NCBI GenBank assembly: GCA_963785725.1
Contig: CAWAWS010000016.1
Span: 224,001-288,000 of the forward strand
DNA from: an uncultured delta proteobacterium
Lineage (GTDB): Bacteria; Myxococcota_A; Polyangia; Palsa-1104
Direction of reading: 5' to 3'
DNA: 64,000 bases
This document shows, one piece after another, positions 26,571 to 35,904 of the stretch. The notes under the pieces are model-generated. The model worked only from the letters and a program-made list of their open reading frames with translations. It did no database searches and was not told the origin of the DNA. Position 1 is the first letter of the stretch. Each line of letters starts with the position of its first letter. Position numbers and translations under genes: made by a program.

Positions 26571-27125
26571 TTATTTGCTGTCGCCGTCGGCGGGCTTGTC
26601 GCCACCGCCGGCGGCCTTGGTCTCGTCGTCGCTGAAGTTGACCTTGCCCGAGTACTTCGGCCCTTCCTCGCGCAAAATGAACGTGCCCGAGGCGATGACG
26701 CGACGGCGATCCTCGATCGTCATCAGATACTTCTTGTTGCCCTCGATATCCTCTTTGTCGAAGACGACCGAGTTGAAGAGCACCCGATCGCCGCGCGTCA
26801 TGAACTGCTCCGTCGAGACCTTCTGCTGATGCGCGCCGGCGGTGATGTCGTAGAGCACCAGCATGACCTGCACGTCGTTGACCGGCTGCGCGAAGAAGGC
26901 CGCATACTGCACCGTCAGCTTGCCCGACTTTTTGTCGTACCACATCGAGCCCTTCGACATGCCCTTGAGCTGCGACACGTACGACGACACCGAGTTCCAG
27001 CTCGTCGGGATGTGCTTGTCGGTGATGATGATGCGCCCCTTCAACGAATCTTCGGGAGCGGCGCCTTTGGCGTGGGCGCTGCCGGCGAGGAGGAGCGCGA
27101 AAATGAACGCGGCGAGCTGTCTCAT
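26571..27125 (-). CDS. Secreted hypothetical protein
   Basis: Signal peptide ending AHA; strong GC3 codon bias. Confidence 0.8.
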   Translation of the reverse strand: MRQLAAFIFALLLAGSAHAKGAAPEDSLKGRIIITDKHIPTSWNSVSSYVSQLKGMSKGSMWYDKKSGKLTVQYAAFFAQPVNDVQVMLVLYDITAGAHQQKVSTEQFMTRGDRVLFNSVVFDKEDIEGNKKYLMTIEDRRRVIASGTFILREEGPKYSGKVNFSDDETKAAGGGDKPADGDSK

Positions 27126-27272
27126 GCGCCGCAGGCTACCGCACTCGCGCGCGCCCGGTAAAGCGCCAGAACATCGACAAATGCAGGTTCACGCGCGGCG
27201 CAAACTGCGGTTTGCAGCTGGTCAGCCGCCGTCGATCGAGGGCGGCTTGGCTGCCGTCGATACGAGGCGGCT

Positions 27273-28136
27273 TTAGCCGCCGTCAACCAAGAGCGCGGCG
27301 ATGCGCACCAGCGCGTCACGCCCGGCGCGCCCTTTTTCGACGGCGACCTTGGCCACGCGCCGCGCCGTCGCCCGATAGAGCGCCGCCAGCTCGGCGTGCG
27401 ATCTGAGCGCCAGCAAGTGGCGCGCGACGACCGCGACGTCACCGCGCGCGATCGGCCCCGTCAGCGCGTCGGGTAGCCCGACCGAGCCCAAGTTGCGCGC
27501 CGTCGACGCCAGCAGCGACGCCAACGCCCCCGTCGCCTGCGCGCGCGGCAGGCCGAGCGAAGCCAACAGCTCGACGCCGGCATCGACGAGCGCCACCGCG
27601 TGGTTCGACACCAGCGCCGCCGCCGCGTGGTACTTCGGCAGCTGCGCAGCGTCGAGCATGAGCGGCACGGCGCCCAGCCAATCGGCGAGCCTGAGCGCGG
27701 CTTCGCGACCGAGCACGTCGCCTTCGATCGCGAACACGACGCCGCCGAGCTCGCTGTCTTCGGGCGCGCCGGCGAGCGAACGCAGCGGATGCAGGACGCC
27801 CATGCCGAGCGGTCGCCGCGCCAAGGCCGCGAACGCCTCCGCCGACGGCAGCGCCCCCGAGCAGTGCAAGAGAATCGGCGGCGTCGCCTCGTCGGCCACG
27901 CCCGCCATCACCAGCGCCGCCACCTCGGCAATCGCTTCGTCGCGCACGGCCAAGACGACGACGTCGGCCACCGGCAGCGGCAAGCCCGCGCGTCGCCACC
28001 AGCGCTGCGGCGCGCCGCCCGTTCGCGTCAGCCCCGTCGCCAACGCGCGCGCCACCGGCCCGTCGCCGACGATGAGCAGCCGCTCGAGACTCGGCGGCCG
28101 CAGCGGCAGCGGCTGCGTGCGCGAGCTCTCGCTCAT
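27273..28136 (-). CDS. Rossmann-like/DUF2520 oxidoreductase (PanG-like)
   Basis: IVGDGPV, LAVRD, LHCSGA, HPL, YHAAAALVSN, LTGPIARGD; ATG overlaps the nadD stop. Confidence 0.88.
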   Translation of the reverse strand: MSESSRTQPLPLRPPSLERLLIVGDGPVARALATGLTRTGGAPQRWWRRAGLPLPVADVVVLAVRDEAIAEVAALVMAGVADEATPPILLHCSGALPSAEAFAALARRPLGMGVLHPLRSLAGAPEDSELGGVVFAIEGDVLGREAALRLADWLGAVPLMLDAAQLPKYHAAAALVSNHAVALVDAGVELLASLGLPRAQATGALASLLASTARNLGSVGLPDALTGPIARGDVAVVARHLLALRSHAELAALYRATARRVAKVAVEKGRAGRDALVRIAALLVDGG

Positions 28137-28690
28137 GGCCGGCTCTCGTCGCGATAGAGCCGCTGTTCGACGATGTACTGCAGAACGTCGGCATCGACGA
28201 TGTCGTCGACCGGTTTGCCGCGCCCGATCCACTCGCGCACCAGCGTCGACGAGATCGCCGGCAGCTCCAGCCCGCCCGTCGCCGGCGCGCCTTGCCGACC
28301 GACGACGATGAAGGGGACGAGCTCGCGCAGCTCCGGCCAACCGTGCCAACGCTCGCGCTCCGCCACCAAGTCGGCGCCGATGACGATCGCAAACGCGTGC
28401 GTCGGATGGCGCGCTTGCAACGCGCGAACGGTCCTGAGCGTGTAGCTCTCGCCGCTCAATTCCTCTTCGATGCGATTGACGCGCACCTTGCCGGCCGCGA
28501 ACGGCGCCAGCGCCAGCTCGCACATGCGCGCCCGATCGGCGAACGGCGCCAAGGCCTTGTCGAACGGATGCTTGAACGTCGGGACCAGCCACACTTCGTC
28601 GACCCGCGCCGTCGCCAGCACCCACGTGATGGCCAGCTGGTGCGCCAAATGCGGCGGGTTGAAGCTGCCCCCATAAATCGCCACGCGCAT
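28133..28690 (-). CDS. nadD: Nicotinate-nucleotide adenylyltransferase
   Basis: YGGSFNPPHLAH, SYT..T, IGAD, ISST.VR. Confidence 0.95.
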   Translation of the reverse strand: MRVAIYGGSFNPPHLAHQLAITWVLATARVDEVWLVPTFKHPFDKALAPFADRARMCELALAPFAAGKVRVNRIEEELSGESYTLRTVRALQARHPTHAFAIVIGADLVAERERWHGWPELRELVPFIVVGRQGAPATGGLELPAISSTLVREWIGRGKPVDDIVDADVLQYIVEQRLYRDESRP

Positions 28691-28748
28691 CGACGCTCGA
28701 CGCTAGCACGATTTTGCGCGCCTCGTCTGCGCGTGCGATCGTCGCCGC

Positions 28749-29405
28749 ATGCCTCGACGGCTCCGCGCGCGCGCCAGCGGCCAGCTCGATCTGGCCGTCG
28801 CCGGCCACTTTCAGGCGACGCTCTTGAGCGGCCGCGCGCTGTACGACGAGGTCATCGCCGACGGCATCGCGCGCGCCAAGAAGTCGGTGTGGATCGCGAC
28901 CGCCAACGTCAAAGAGCTGTTCGTCGAGCGCAAGGGATCGCGCGGCGGCGTCGGCAGCATCGTCGGCATGCTCGCCGAGCTGCACGACCGCGGCGTCGAG
29001 CTCAAGCTCTTGCACGCCGAGGTGCCGTCGCGCCGCTTCCGCGCCGCGTTCGACCGCCATCCCGCGCTCGTGCAGGGTGGCTTGCGCATGAAGCAGTGCC
29101 CGCGCGTGCACATGAAGGCCGTCATCCTCGACGGCACGCGGCTCTACTTGGGCTCGGCCAACTTCACCGGCGCCGGCCTCGGCATGAAGGGCGACGACAA
29201 GCGCAACTTCGAGCTCGGCTTCTTGACCGAGGATTTCGAGCTGCTCGACCGGGTGCAAGGGCTCTTCGACGCCATCTGGCGCGGCGAGCCCTGCCCGAGC
29301 TGCGCGCTCAAAGACGTGTGCCCCGATCCCGGCGGTTACGGCGCGGGCCGCGTCATCGCCAGCGCAAATTTAGTGAAGGTAAAGGCGAAGTCGAAGGCGA
29401 AGTAG
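28749..29405 (+). CDS. Phospholipase D superfamily protein (single HKD) with C-terminal Cys cluster
   Basis: VHMKAVILD..LGSANFT..NFELG; CPSCALKDVC. Confidence 0.85.
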   Translation: MPRRLRARASGQLDLAVAGHFQATLLSGRALYDEVIADGIARAKKSVWIATANVKELFVERKGSRGGVGSIVGMLAELHDRGVELKLLHAEVPSRRFRAAFDRHPALVQGGLRMKQCPRVHMKAVILDGTRLYLGSANFTGAGLGMKGDDKRNFELGFLTEDFELLDRVQGLFDAIWRGEPCPSCALKDVCPDPGGYGAGRVIASANLVKVKAKSKAK

Positions 29406-30860
29406 CTACTGAATCGGATAGGGCTTGAGCGTCGTCTGCCCGTTCTTGACGACGACCTTGAAGCGCACCAGCCGCGCGTTGTACTTCTTGCGCAGGCCGA
29501 GCTCGTTCTGCTGCAGCTTCTGCGCAAAGCCGTCGAAGTTGAGCCCTTCGGCGCCCTCGCCCGTCTGCAGCCGCGCGGCCACGTACTCGTCGTAGACGCG
29601 GCGCAGATACGTGGCTTCCGGCTCTTCGGCGAGCGCCAACACCTCGGGCGTCGTGTGCGGCCCCGTCGCCGACGGGTCGACCGTCAGCTCGCCGCCCCAC
29701 CGCTGCTGCTGCCCGCTGTCGTCGCCGGCATCGCTCGAGCCGAGCTCGTCGTCCGACGGATCGGGCCGGCCCAGCAGACGCGCCAGCATGACGTTGAGCG
29801 CGTTGGCCAAGCCTTCGAAGTCCTTCGACGGCGTATCGAACGAGTAGTCGCGATTGCCGTTGATGACCTCGGCGACGCCGCCCTCGATCTTGTCGAGCGG
29901 CGACAAGAAGCGCAGCGCCGTCAACACCGCAGCGCCGACGGCCACGAGCAGCCCAACCAGCCCGAGCACCGCCACCAGCATCGCCACCGAGCCGATGTTG
30001 GCGTGTGCCGCCGTCAGCGACGCCAGCACGACGAAGCCCGACTTGCCGCGCGTCAGATTGCCCGGCAGCGGACCGGCCGCGGCCAAGAACTCGTCGCCGT
30101 TGATGCGCACGACGGTCGGCTTCGTCATCTGCCCCGTGCCTGCCGCGTCCGCCAAATGCGCGCCGTCGAACAGCTCCTTCGACAGATCGACCTCTTCTGC
30201 CGACTGGCCGCCCTGCTTCGAGAAGCTCGACGCGCGAATCTTGCCGTCGAGGAAGAAGGCCACTTCGGTGCCGAGCTTGTCGCAATCGGCCGCCGCCTCC
30301 ATGCCCGACGCCACGAAGCCGACGATGAGCGCGCCCGCGACCGCGCCCGTGCGCGCGCGAATCGGCGCCGCGCCGACGCGATAGAGGTGCCCGTCGAAGT
30401 TCCACACGTCCTTGTTGGCGACACCGTCGAGCGCCTTGCCCACCGACGGATAGCGCGCCTTCAAGTCGTCGTCGTACATGGCGTTGATGTTGAGATCGCG
30501 CGCCACGACGTGCCCGTTGGCGCTGACGACGGCCACCAGGTCCGGCTTGTGCCCGTCGTTCTCGAGACGCGCCGAGCGCGCCGACACGGCTACGAACGCC
30601 GCTTGGCGCTGCTCGTCGCCGCCCGCCTTCTGAAAGACGGTGCCGAATTCGTCCTCACGCGCCAGCTTCGCGGTCTCGTTGGTGAGGTCGATTCCGCGTA
30701 ACAGATCGAGGGAGGGCCAAGTCGCCTGCGCCCGCTCCACGCGCTTCTGGACTTCCGACTCGGCGCTGCCTGACAGCGTCGAACGGACTGAAACCAGTAC
30801 GAAAATCGTGATGACCGCGATGAGGGCCGCGGCGGCGAGCGGGATGCGAGCACGGTACAT
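29406..30860 (-). CDS. MXAN_5187-like membrane protein (Cache/HAMP-like plus C-terminal domain)
   Basis: Two TMs; C-terminal YVAAR..GE...F.KL...VRFKVVVKNGQTTLKP typical of the myxobacterial family. Confidence 0.7.
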   Translation of the reverse strand: MYRARIPLAAAALIAVITIFVLVSVRSTLSGSAESEVQKRVERAQATWPSLDLLRGIDLTNETAKLAREDEFGTVFQKAGGDEQRQAAFVAVSARSARLENDGHKPDLVAVVSANGHVVARDLNINAMYDDDLKARYPSVGKALDGVANKDVWNFDGHLYRVGAAPIRARTGAVAGALIVGFVASGMEAAADCDKLGTEVAFFLDGKIRASSFSKQGGQSAEEVDLSKELFDGAHLADAAGTGQMTKPTVVRINGDEFLAAAGPLPGNLTRGKSGFVVLASLTAAHANIGSVAMLVAVLGLVGLLVAVGAAVLTALRFLSPLDKIEGGVAEVINGNRDYSFDTPSKDFEGLANALNVMLARLLGRPDPSDDELGSSDAGDDSGQQQRWGGELTVDPSATGPHTTPEVLALAEEPEATYLRRVYDEYVAARLQTGEGAEGLNFDGFAQKLQQNELGLRKKYNARLVRFKVVVKNGQTTLKPYPIQ

Positions 30861-31136
30861 CCAGACCCCTCCCAAATGACGGAATTCGTAGACTTGCCGC
30901 GCGGGACTATCGCACCCGACCCAGGCTAAGTCAAAGGAAATGCCGGAACCGACTTCCTCACAAGTTATCCCCAGCTTGGGTGCGGCGCCTGCCCCGGTTC
31001 ACCTACAGCTTGCGACACTGCGAGTTAACCACCTGCAGTCACTGACGAATTCGAGCCCTGCGCGATCTCTCCAGCGTCGTCCACAGCGACGGTGAACGAT
31101 TATTTACGGTCCCGTCGGAGAGCGGCTGTGGATAGA

Positions 31137-32690
31137 TTATTTGGGGTGTTTGAGATTGTAATAGCCCTCAAACTTTTCAGCGAGCTGAAGTATGTCGTCG
31201 TTGGAAAGCGACTGCACCGGTGTCAGCACGTGTAGGGCGACGCCGTACGGCAGATCGCGGTGGGCAAAGCCCGTCGAGTCGTTGACGAACAGCGTCCGCT
31301 TGGCGGGCAAGTAGCGCGAGGCGTAGGTGCTGTTCGCCGAGAGCTTGAAGTCCGGCCACAACGACGGCGTGTCGAGCGTGGCCTGCGGGACGACGACGAG
31401 GTTGAGCGGCGGCGCCGAGAACTTGGCCGCCAGCGCGCGCGCGGCCGGCACGTCGCTCGCGGCCAAGAACGTCCGCAGCTCGCCGAGCACGCTGCGATAG
31501 GCGTCGCGCACGAGCGCCGGATCGCGCCGCGCCGTCGACTGCACGCGCACCCCGTCGGCCTTGAACGTCTCGTCGGTGGCCAGCGTCTCGCCGGCCACGG
31601 CGTGCGGGACGAGCCAAGCGGCCGGCTTCGGCGGCGCCGGCTTGACCGGCGGCGCTTTCGGCGCGGCGGAGCCCGAGCCCGCGCCGGTCGTGACCGCAGG
31701 CTTCGTCGGGTGCGCCATCTGCCGCGCCAGCAAGAACGTCGCGCCCGTGCCGCCGGCGACGAGCACGGCCAAGCCCAACGCCGGCGCCACTCGGCTCTTT
31801 CGCCCCGCCGCCGCCGCGCCCGCGTGCGCCGGCGTCACGTCGGGCAGCACCGCCTCCAACGCCTGTCGAAACGCCGCCGCGTCGACATACCGGTCGTCGG
31901 CGTTCTTCTCCAGCGCCACGAGCAGCGCCTTTTCCAGCGACGCCGGCACCGCGACGCCCATCTTGGCCAGCGCCGGGGGCTTATTGCGCAGGTGCTGCTG
32001 CATGATGTCGAAGTGATTCTCGCCGTCGAACGGCGTCGTCCCGCACAGCGCCTCGTACAGCGTGATCGCCAGCGAATACAGATCCGAGCGCGCGTCGGCC
32101 ATCTTGCCGCGCACCTGCTCGGGCGACATGTAACGCACGGTGCCCATCGTCTGCCCCGTCGACGTCAGCCGCGAGTTGCCCATCATCTTGGCGATGCCGA
32201 AGTCGGTGACCTTGACCGCGCCGTCGCTGCGCACGAGCACGTTCGACGGCTTGATGTCGCGGTGAATGACGCCCTGCGAGTGCGCGTATTCGAGCCCTTT
32301 GCAGACCTCGATCGTCACGCGCAGCGCCTCGTCGGCCGGCACTTTACCGAGGCTGACGATCTTGGATTCGAAGGTGACGCCCTCGACGTATTGCATCACC
32401 AGGCACATCCGCCCGCCTGCCTCGGTGAAGTTGTTGAGGTGGACGATGTTGGGGTGCTCGAGCTTGGCCAGAACGCGCGCCTCCTCGACGAAGCGTGCCT
32501 TGAGCTCCTCGTGCACGGCGAGCTCGGGCGGCAGGATCTTGATGGCGACTTCCTGACCGGTTACGCGATGTTGACCCCGATAGACGACGCTCATGCCGCC
32601 CGACCCGAGGATCGCCTTGAGCTCGAAGTCGAGCACGCGACTGCCGATGAGCCGTTCCGGTCCTTCCAAGGCTTTGGCGTCGTCGCTCAT
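31137..32690 (-). CDS. Hanks-type Ser/Thr protein kinase with TM and extracytoplasmic domain
   Basis: LGSGGMSVVY, VAIK, HRDIKPSN, DFGIAK, GTVRYMSPEQ. Confidence 0.95.
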   Translation of the reverse strand: MSDDAKALEGPERLIGSRVLDFELKAILGSGGMSVVYRGQHRVTGQEVAIKILPPELAVHEELKARFVEEARVLAKLEHPNIVHLNNFTEAGGRMCLVMQYVEGVTFESKIVSLGKVPADEALRVTIEVCKGLEYAHSQGVIHRDIKPSNVLVRSDGAVKVTDFGIAKMMGNSRLTSTGQTMGTVRYMSPEQVRGKMADARSDLYSLAITLYEALCGTTPFDGENHFDIMQQHLRNKPPALAKMGVAVPASLEKALLVALEKNADDRYVDAAAFRQALEAVLPDVTPAHAGAAAAGRKSRVAPALGLAVLVAGGTGATFLLARQMAHPTKPAVTTGAGSGSAAPKAPPVKPAPPKPAAWLVPHAVAGETLATDETFKADGVRVQSTARRDPALVRDAYRSVLGELRTFLAASDVPAARALAAKFSAPPLNLVVVPQATLDTPSLWPDFKLSANSTYASRYLPAKRTLFVNDSTGFAHRDLPYGVALHVLTPVQSLSNDDILQLAEKFEGYYNLKHPK

Positions 32691-32753
32691 AGAAAACTTG
32701 CGCTCCTCGATTCCCTACTTTAGCCTACATTTAACTACAGACTGGAGGCGTCG

Positions 32754-33098
32754 ATGTTCACGAAGGATAACCGAGGCGACCGACGGATGGCGGTCGACAT
32801 CCTGCTCAACAAGTACATCGACGGGGAGCCTCATACTTGCCGCGCCGTCAATATTTCACGCGGCGGAATGTTGCTCTACAAAATTTTCGAGCCCGATTGC
32901 GAACAGGAAGGCGAAGTCTCGCTCGAGTTCCAGCTGCCGGGCTCGATGCGGATCCTGCGCGTCGACGGGATTACTCTGTCGGAGCATCGCTGGGCGCGCG
33001 CACACGGCGTTCGCTTCACGCGCATGAGCGACGACGATCGCGACCTGTTGCAGCAGTATCTGCGCGGCGAGCTAGTCGAAGAAGCCGCGGTGATGTAG
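32754..33098 (+). CDS. Stand-alone PilZ-domain protein
   Basis: RGDRR (RxxxR), NISRGG (D/NxSxxG), GVRF. Confidence 0.85.
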   Translation: MFTKDNRGDRRMAVDILLNKYIDGEPHTCRAVNISRGGMLLYKIFEPDCEQEGEVSLEFQLPGSMRILRVDGITLSEHRWARAHGVRFTRMSDDDRDLLQQYLRGELVEEAAVM

Positions 33099-33195
33099 CT
33101 GAAAATGAAGTCGCCCGTCGCGGACGCACAGCTGCGACCACGCGGGCGACCGTCCTGCCTTTTGCGAATTAAGTTAAGCCAAGCCTAAGTCAGAG

Positions 33196-34110
33196 CTAGA
33201 AATAGACCGCGACGCCGAGGCGGAATTGACCGCCGACCTCGTCGCCGAGCGCGTGCACCGGCTTGCCGTCGATGGAGGTCGTGGCCGCGACGTTCTCGGC
33301 GACACCGTTGGCGCGCTTCTTCGCGTCGAGGCGCGCGTCGGCGGTGATGGCGACGTGCTGGCCGAGCCGCAGCTCGAGACCGCCGCCGATCTGACCGTCG
33401 AGGTAGATGGCGTCGTCGTGGGTGAACTTCAGGTCCTGCGACGCGAAGTCGGCGCCGGCGGCGACCACGAAATACGGCGACACGACCCAATCGGGCCGGC
33501 CGATGTGCATGCGCAACCCGAACGTCACCGGCACGTCGGTGCGACCGAGGGCGTTGGCGGCCGAATGGTCGTATTCGGCGGCGAGCTCGGTCGTCAGATG
33601 CGGCGTCGCTCTATATAAGAGCTCGCCACCGATGCCGAGGTTGTTCCAGCCGTCGTGCTCGACGGCGCCGGTGCCGCGCACGCCGAGGCCGAGCCGCGAC
33701 GTCCATTGCGGACCGGGCGGACGCGCCGGCTCGACCACGACTTCGGGCGCCGCCAGCTGCGGCGCGCAACAGCACGGCGGCGGCACGATGACCGGCGGCG
33801 GCACCGCCGGCAGCGGCATGATCGGCGGCTCTTGGTATTGCGGAACCTGGACAACGACCGGCGGCGGCGCCTGAACGTAGATGACGCGCGGCCGACGACG
33901 CAACCACCAGCGAATTCGTTCACGAATATAGACATGTGGCGGCATCGCGCCGGGCGTTGCATAGATCATCGGCGGCGGTCCGGGCGGCGGCGGCGGCGGC
34001 ATCGGCGGCATGGGCGGCATCGCCGGTGCCTGGACGTACACGACTTGCGCAGCCGCAACGGAGGGCGCCGCGAGCACCACTAAGGCCAGCAGCCGATAGG
34101 CGCGAATCAT
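33196..34110 (-). CDS. Pro-rich secreted protein with C-terminal outer-membrane beta-barrel
   Basis: Signal peptide, poly-Pro segment, amphipathic strands, terminal GVAVYF. Confidence 0.7.
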   Translation of the reverse strand: MIRAYRLLALVVLAAPSVAAAQVVYVQAPAMPPMPPMPPPPPPGPPPMIYATPGAMPPHVYIRERIRWWLRRRPRVIYVQAPPPVVVQVPQYQEPPIMPLPAVPPPVIVPPPCCCAPQLAAPEVVVEPARPPGPQWTSRLGLGVRGTGAVEHDGWNNLGIGGELLYRATPHLTTELAAEYDHSAANALGRTDVPVTFGLRMHIGRPDWVVSPYFVVAAGADFASQDLKFTHDDAIYLDGQIGGGLELRLGQHVAITADARLDAKKRANGVAENVAATTSIDGKPVHALGDEVGGQFRLGVAVYF

Positions 34111-34123
34111 GGGTGCGGCACCT

Positions 34124-34139
34124 AGCAACCTATGCGCCA
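34124..34139 (-). promoter_or_regulatory. sigma54 (-24/-12) promoter
   Basis: Minus strand TGGCGC-ATAGG-TTGCT, exact GG-N10-GC spacing, just upstream of ATG 34110. Confidence 0.7.
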
Positions 34140-34242
34140 TCACGTAACGTCATACGGATCAATAGCTTACGAAGTCATCGAGGACGTTCGTTCACAGCTT
34201 GTTTCGTGAACGGCGGGCTGTAAGTGCAAACTGGCGTACTCC

Positions 34243-34271
34243 TTGACAGCCCTACACTCGATTGCTAGGCT
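34243..34271 (+). promoter_or_regulatory. sigma70 promoter with extended -10
   Basis: TTGACA (34243-34248), 17 bp, TG-n-TAGGCT (34266-34271); GGGAGG RBS before TTG 34301. Confidence 0.75.
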
Positions 34272-34300
34272 CCGCGCGACTATCGGGAGGAAAATTCCCC

Positions 34301-35539
34301 TTGGACGACAATAAGAAGCCGGGCCCGCGCGACATCAGTGATCTGAAAGCGCGACTTGGACTGAAAAAGACAGGTGTGATGCCGGCCACAGCGCCAGCCT
34401 CGCACGCTACTCCCCCGACGGGTCAGCCGGCTATGCCGGTTGCGCCGTCACCCGTTCCGGCGCCGTCGGGCTTTGGTCCGCCTGCGTCAGAACCGCCGCA
34501 GCAGCAAGCGCCGCGGTCGATTCCCTCGCCCTTCGCGAGGCAGGAACCGCCAGCTCCGGCGCCACAGCCGCAAGCGCCGCCGGATCCACGTCGCGATCCG
34601 TTCGCGGCGCAGCAGCAAGCGGCGGCGGCGAACTTGGCGGCGTTCTACGGCATGGGCCAGGCGTTGCCGGGCTCTGCGGACGCGAGCTCGGAGGCGCCGA
34701 TCTCGAAGCCGGCGATCACCGGGACGCTCATCAAGATCGCGGCCATGGCGGCGATTCCGTTCATCGTCGGCGCCGGCGTGGGCGGCATCTCCAAGAGCCG
34801 CAGCGAGTACAACGTCACCACCGATCAGGCCGGACAGATCCGCGAGGAGGTCGAGAAGATCTCCAAGCAGCTCAATCTGTTGTCCGACACGATCATGAGC
34901 TCGGCCGAGACGCGCAAGGGCGGCGTCGACATCGACATGTCGGCGAAGCTGGGTGCGCTCGATCTGAAGAAGCCGGACACGAACAAGATCTTCCATACGA
35001 ACTATCAAAATATGGAACCGGTGATCGTCGAGCGGCTGATGCAGTACTACGACGGCACGGTCAAGCTCTTCGACGAGGTGCAGGCGCACTCGAAGAAGAC
35101 GGACAACGACAAAGACGCGCTGCTTCGCATGGGCAAAGAAGGCGCGAAGTCGGACAAGAACTACGGCGTCATCGTCGAGCCGCAGGGCGGTCTGATGCTG
35201 GCGAAGTTCGTCGAGGTCGGCGCGCCGGTGTGCAACGATCCGGCGAAGACCGATTGCAGCGCGGCGGACCTGAAGGGCTTTCAGTATCGGCTCGATTCGG
35301 GTAGCGGCTGGGGTCAGCGTCCGGTGAAGGGCAAGCCGGAGGCGATCGTGATGCCGTTGCAGCAGACGCCGCTGTTCAAGGCGGTGGCCGCGGGTAATCC
35401 CGACTTCCTGGCCGTGAAGGATTACGCGCGCCGGATCGCGGAGATCCGCACGCAGTTGGCGCTGTTGAAGAATCAGGAGAAGGACGTTCTGTCGGATCTG
35501 AAGAAGACCGAAGAGCGGCCGAAGCTCCTCGCGTTCTAA
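34301..35539 (+). CDS. Hypothetical membrane-anchored protein with Pro-rich N-terminus and coiled coils
   Basis: DLKARLG N-terminal motif, Pro/Ala linker, one TM, strong codon bias. Confidence 0.8.
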   Translation: MDDNKKPGPRDISDLKARLGLKKTGVMPATAPASHATPPTGQPAMPVAPSPVPAPSGFGPPASEPPQQQAPRSIPSPFARQEPPAPAPQPQAPPDPRRDPFAAQQQAAAANLAAFYGMGQALPGSADASSEAPISKPAITGTLIKIAAMAAIPFIVGAGVGGISKSRSEYNVTTDQAGQIREEVEKISKQLNLLSDTIMSSAETRKGGVDIDMSAKLGALDLKKPDTNKIFHTNYQNMEPVIVERLMQYYDGTVKLFDEVQAHSKKTDNDKDALLRMGKEGAKSDKNYGVIVEPQGGLMLAKFVEVGAPVCNDPAKTDCSAADLKGFQYRLDSGSGWGQRPVKGKPEAIVMPLQQTPLFKAVAAGNPDFLAVKDYARRIAEIRTQLALLKNQEKDVLSDLKKTEERPKLLAF

Positions 35540-35572
35540 GTCTTTCGCCTCTACTCCACTTCGATAGTCACG

Positions 35573-35614
35573 ACGATGAAGCGCCGACGGGAAACCGCCG
35601 GCGCTTCGTCGTTT
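35573..35614 (+). terminator. Intrinsic terminator-like hairpin
   Basis: ACGATGAAGCGCCG-ACGG-GAAA-CCGC-CGGCGCTTCGTCGT followed by TT, 34 nt after the stop codon. Confidence 0.7.
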
Positions 35615-35904
35615 GGGCGGCGGCTCGTCGTTTGACGACCATTCGGCTAGCGCACAGGAGAAGAAGCACGACGATCGATTCCGGAGGATGGTGGGCTCGG
35701 CGTCATTTCCCCCGACCGCCCGCCCCATGTCATCGGCAACTCCGCCCAAAAGTTGCCTGCCAAAGCGTACGACTCGCGCGCACGAAGTTGCGCAGCGGCT
35801 CGGGGCCATGCGCAGACGAGCGCCGCGCCGCGCCGATTCCAGTCACCTGATTCCAGAGAGAAGCGGCGCGCGCAGAGGGCGCCGAAGATCGAAGCGAAGG
35901 CGCG

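Noticed and set aside
30880..31136. Definite oriC call
   Set aside because: No perfect DnaA box, no dnaA/dnaN nearby and no clear unwinding element; kept only as a low-confidence finding.
35615..35904. Short ORFs or sRNA between convergent genes
   Set aside because: Only the terminator hairpin is supportable; the ORFs lack codon bias and motifs.
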